A DNA stretch of 64,000 bases, from positions 62,001 through 126,000 of the forward strand of contig NIVC01002632.1 in the NCBI GenBank assembly GCA_002269645.1, written 5' to 3'. Both the position numbers and the translations under genes were made by a program. Below the pieces are notes generated by a model that was given only the letters and a program-made list of their open reading frames with translations, ran no database searches and was not told the origin of the DNA. Below are positions 60,830 to 64,000 of this stretch, piece by piece. Source of the stretch: Macrostomum lignano (taxonomy: Eukaryota). Position 1 is the first letter of the stretch; the number at the start of each line of letters is the position of its first letter.

Positions 60830-62775
60830 AACTGACGCACAGACTAAAGTCCTCCCAACTGACCCACAGACTAAAGTCCTCCCAACTGACCCACAGACTA
60901 AAGTCCTCCCAACTGACCCACAGACTAAAGTCCTCCCAACTGACCCACAGACTAAAGTCCTCCCAACTGACCCACAGACTAAAGTCCTCCTAACTGACCC
61001 ACAGACTAAGTTCTCCCAACTGACCCACAGACTAAAGTCATTCTCCCAACTGACCCACAGACTAAAGTCATTCTCCCAACTGACCCACAGACTAAAGTCC
61101 TCCCAACTGACCCACAGACTAAAGTCATTCTCCCAACTGACCCACAGACTAAAGTCATTCTCCCAACTGACCCACAGACTAAAGTCCTCCCAACTGACCC
61201 ACAGACTAAAGTCATTCTCCCAACTGACCCACAGACTAAAGTCATTCTCCCAACTGACCCACAGACTAAAGTCATTCTCCCAACTGACCCACAGACTAAA
61301 GTCATTCTCCCAACTGACCCACAGACTAAAGTCCTCCCAACTGACCCACAGACTAAAGTCCTCCCAACTGACCCACAGACTAAAGTCATTCTCCCAACTG
61401 ACCCACAGACTAAAGTCATTCTCCCAACTGACCCACAGACTAAAGTCCTCCCAACTGACCCACAGACTAAAGTCCTTCTCCCAACTGACCCGCAGACTAA
61501 AGTCATTCTCCCAACTGACCCACAGACTAAAGTCATTCTCCCAACTGACCCACAGACTAAAGTCATTCTCCCAACTGACCCACAGACTAAAGTCATTCTC
61601 CCAACTGACCCACAGACTAAAGTCCTCCCAACTGACCCACAGACTAAAGTCATTCTCCCAACTGACCCACAGACTAAAGTCATTCTCCCAACTGACCCAC
61701 AGACTAAAGTCCTTCTCCCAACTGACCCACAGACTTGTTGTAACCCGGGTCGGCTTGGGTGCCCAGTCCCGAGTACAATATATATTATATGTGATATAAC
61801 AGGCGTTGTGACGCTCTGTCTGTACTTTTATGAATACGACGAGCAGGCGTGGCGACGCTCTGCGATAATAATTCGATCCCTCTGGTGTTGTGACACTCAG
61901 AGTTCACGCTGCGGCTCGAGGTGTGGTGACACTCTCGAGTGCTTCTATTCTCTATACCGTAGGGCGTACGCAATATATATGGTAAACGGTACCGTACTAC
62001 AGAAGCTATATGGTCTCCCGGCGTTATGACGCTCTGGCAAGAACTCGGCCTAGCAAGCTTCCCGGAAAGAAAGGACTCAAACAGCAGGCGGCTTACCAGT
62101 GGCCAGATGACTGTTCACCGTTTATTATTCGCAGGTCTCAAGCGCAGTTTCCGACTTCTTCTTAATTCTCCAAGACTCTTCTCAATTAGGCTATTGTGTT
62201 TCTTTTATCCAAGTAGCTAATGTTGCTGTTTCTTTTATCAGGTCTCGCGCTTGCACTCTCGGAGCACACCAAAACACAAAAAGCACGCAGGTGGTGGGCA
62301 AGAGCCAGAGTCGCACCATAAATAGCACCCAAACCCTGGGGCAGACGGCCCCACCGGCTAAGCTCACCAAAACAAACCACGCCGGCCCAGCCAATCAAAA
62401 CCCGCCTAAGGGGGGAGGGGCTGCACCCGCGCCAAAGCTGGCCCGGCCGCAGCCAACCAGCCCTGAGCACGGGGCAGGGGCACGGCTGGGGAGGGGCACG
62501 CGCAAAGCCCGGCCGGGGCCAGACCCTGCCACGCCCGCCAACCCCCCCACCCAGCCCCAAAGTGCAACGCGCCCTGCCAACTGACAAGGGCGCATGCACT
62601 ACAGACTAAAGTCCTCCCAACTGACCCACAGACTAAAGTCCTTCTCCCAACTGACCCACAGACTAAGTTCTCCCAACTGACCCACAGACTAAAGTCATTC
62701 TCCCAACTGACCCACAGACTAAAGTTCTCCCAACTGACCCACAGACTAAAGTCCTCCCAACTGACCCACAGACAG
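60830..62775. repeat. 27/30-bp minisatellite (ccaactgacccacagactaaagtc[att]ctc)n, split by a solo LTR
   Basis: Arrays at 60830-61735 and 62604-62775 continue in register on either side of the insertion. Confidence 0.96.
61736..62603 (-). mobile_element. Solo LTR (868 bp), probably Gypsy/Ty3-type
   Basis: Termini TGTTGT...ACTACA and a 4-bp TSD gact (61732-61735 and 62604-62607). On the minus strand a GC-rich segment is followed by a TATA-like tatttat (about 62320) and AATAAA (about 62120). No gag/pol. Confidence 0.85.
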
Positions 62776-63324
62776 ATATTAACCCTTTATATGAGCAAAC
62801 GTCAAAAATAAAAATAAGCTTATTAAAATTGGACTAATAGGTTTGAAGGATTTCAGTCATTACCATAATTTATGAATGACAAAAGCACATAGGAATAGGT
62901 CAATTAATCACGGTACGAGCGTACATGTATTTTGAATTCAATATTCAAGACTAGAAGCGGAACTGAACACAAACAGCATTGATTGCAACTTTAGTGAATT
63001 TAGCAAGGTAGTTTATATTTAGGATTACATTTAATTAAAGTCATTGAAACTCTGATGTCTTCTCGTTAAGATACACAAGAGAAAACCAAAAAAATCAAAA
63101 TTAATAGTTAAAAATGGAGAGATTCAAATACAGATATAAAACAGCTAACCTAATATCATTAACCCAGGTGAACTTTCTAAGTTATGAAAAGTTCTGCCTT
63201 TGGACGACGTAAATAAAAAACCGATTAGAGGAGGTGTCACTTAGATTAAGGATCGGAAAACTTTTGTAGAGAAAGGTAGAGGTAGAGAAGCTAGAGAATC
63301 TAGCGCCTGATTGTGGGCCAGAGA

Positions 63325-63835
63325 GAGGAGAGGAGAGAGTAAATAGGGGATATGAGAGGAGAGAAGAAAGGGGAGAGGAAAGGGGAGAGGAGAAAGATGA
63401 GAGGGGAGAGGAGGAGAGGGGACAGGAGAGGAAGAGGAGATAGGAGAGAGGAGAGGAGAGAGGAGAGGAGAGGGGGAGAGGAGAGGGAGAGAAGAGGAGA
63501 GAGGAGAGGAGAGAGGAGAGGAGAGGGGAGGAGAGGAGGGGGAGAGGAGGAGAGGGGACAGGAGAGGAGAGGGGAGAAGAAGAGGAGATAGGAGAGAGGA
63601 GAGGAGAAAGGAGAGGAGAGGGGAGAGGAGAGGAGAGAGGGGAGAGGAGAGGAGATAGGAGAGAGGATAGGAGAGAGGAGAGGAGAAGGGAGAGGAGAGG
63701 GGAGAGGAGAGGAGGGGAGAGGAGGAGAGGGGACAGGAGAGGAGAGGGGAGAAGAAGAGGAGATAGGAGAGAGGAGAGGATAAAGGAGAGGAGAGGAGAA
63801 AGGAGAGGAGAGGAGGGGAGAGGAGGAGAGGGTAA
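63325..63835. repeat. GA-rich low-complexity repeat
   Basis: Degenerate (ggaga)n. Accounts for ORFs 63241..63858 and 63352..63591. Confidence 0.95.
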
Positions 63836-64000
63836 TTAATTAGTACTAAGAGTTGCACATTATTAAAGACACACGCAAGAATAGGTAACAGGCTAAAAGG
63901 TCAAAGAAGGAAAAAACGACGTGAAAACAAACGACAATGTTTCAAAATTTTACTATCATCAATATTAGTCATAGGCAGAGAAGGCAACCATCTTAGTCGG

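Overview
Eukaryotic (animal) genomic DNA with GT-AG spliced genes, GC-rich exons and AT-rich spacers. It is very rich in mini- and microsatellites. The style (Gln/Gly-rich exons, intronic minisatellites, PAN plus glycine-rich secreted proteins) suggests a free-living flatworm such as Macrostomum, but this is inference only. About 13 protein-coding genes can be supported: an orphan 4-TM protein; an orphan low-complexity ORF; two paralogous secreted PAN/Apple + ALK/LTK-type glycine-rich-domain proteins with no TM or kinase; an ABCG/White half transporter; a stand-alone Maf pyrophosphatase; a clarin; a 9-exon RNase T2 whose second catalytic His is Asn; BLOC1S5/Muted; an i-type lysozyme; a TPMT-family methyltransferase; an orphan rhodopsin-class GPCR; a GT31 galactosyltransferase; and an intronless DEG/ENaC channel with altered pore motifs. 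Mobile DNA includes a deleted Tc1/mariner element, several MITEs (among them a 66-bp hAT-like element and a 173-bp foldback), two tRNA-derived SINE families, a solo LTR inserted into a minisatellite, and a decayed LINE-like region. The best leads are the receptor-less ALK/LTK-GRD pair, the putative RNase T2 pseudo-enzyme, a cluster of five TCACGTGA (CLEAR-like) motifs between two lysosome-related genes, and the atypical DEG/ENaC. Three genes need a single extra base in a short homopolymer to read through, which suggests assembly indels rather than pseudogenes. Exon boundaries were read by eye and no database searches were run.
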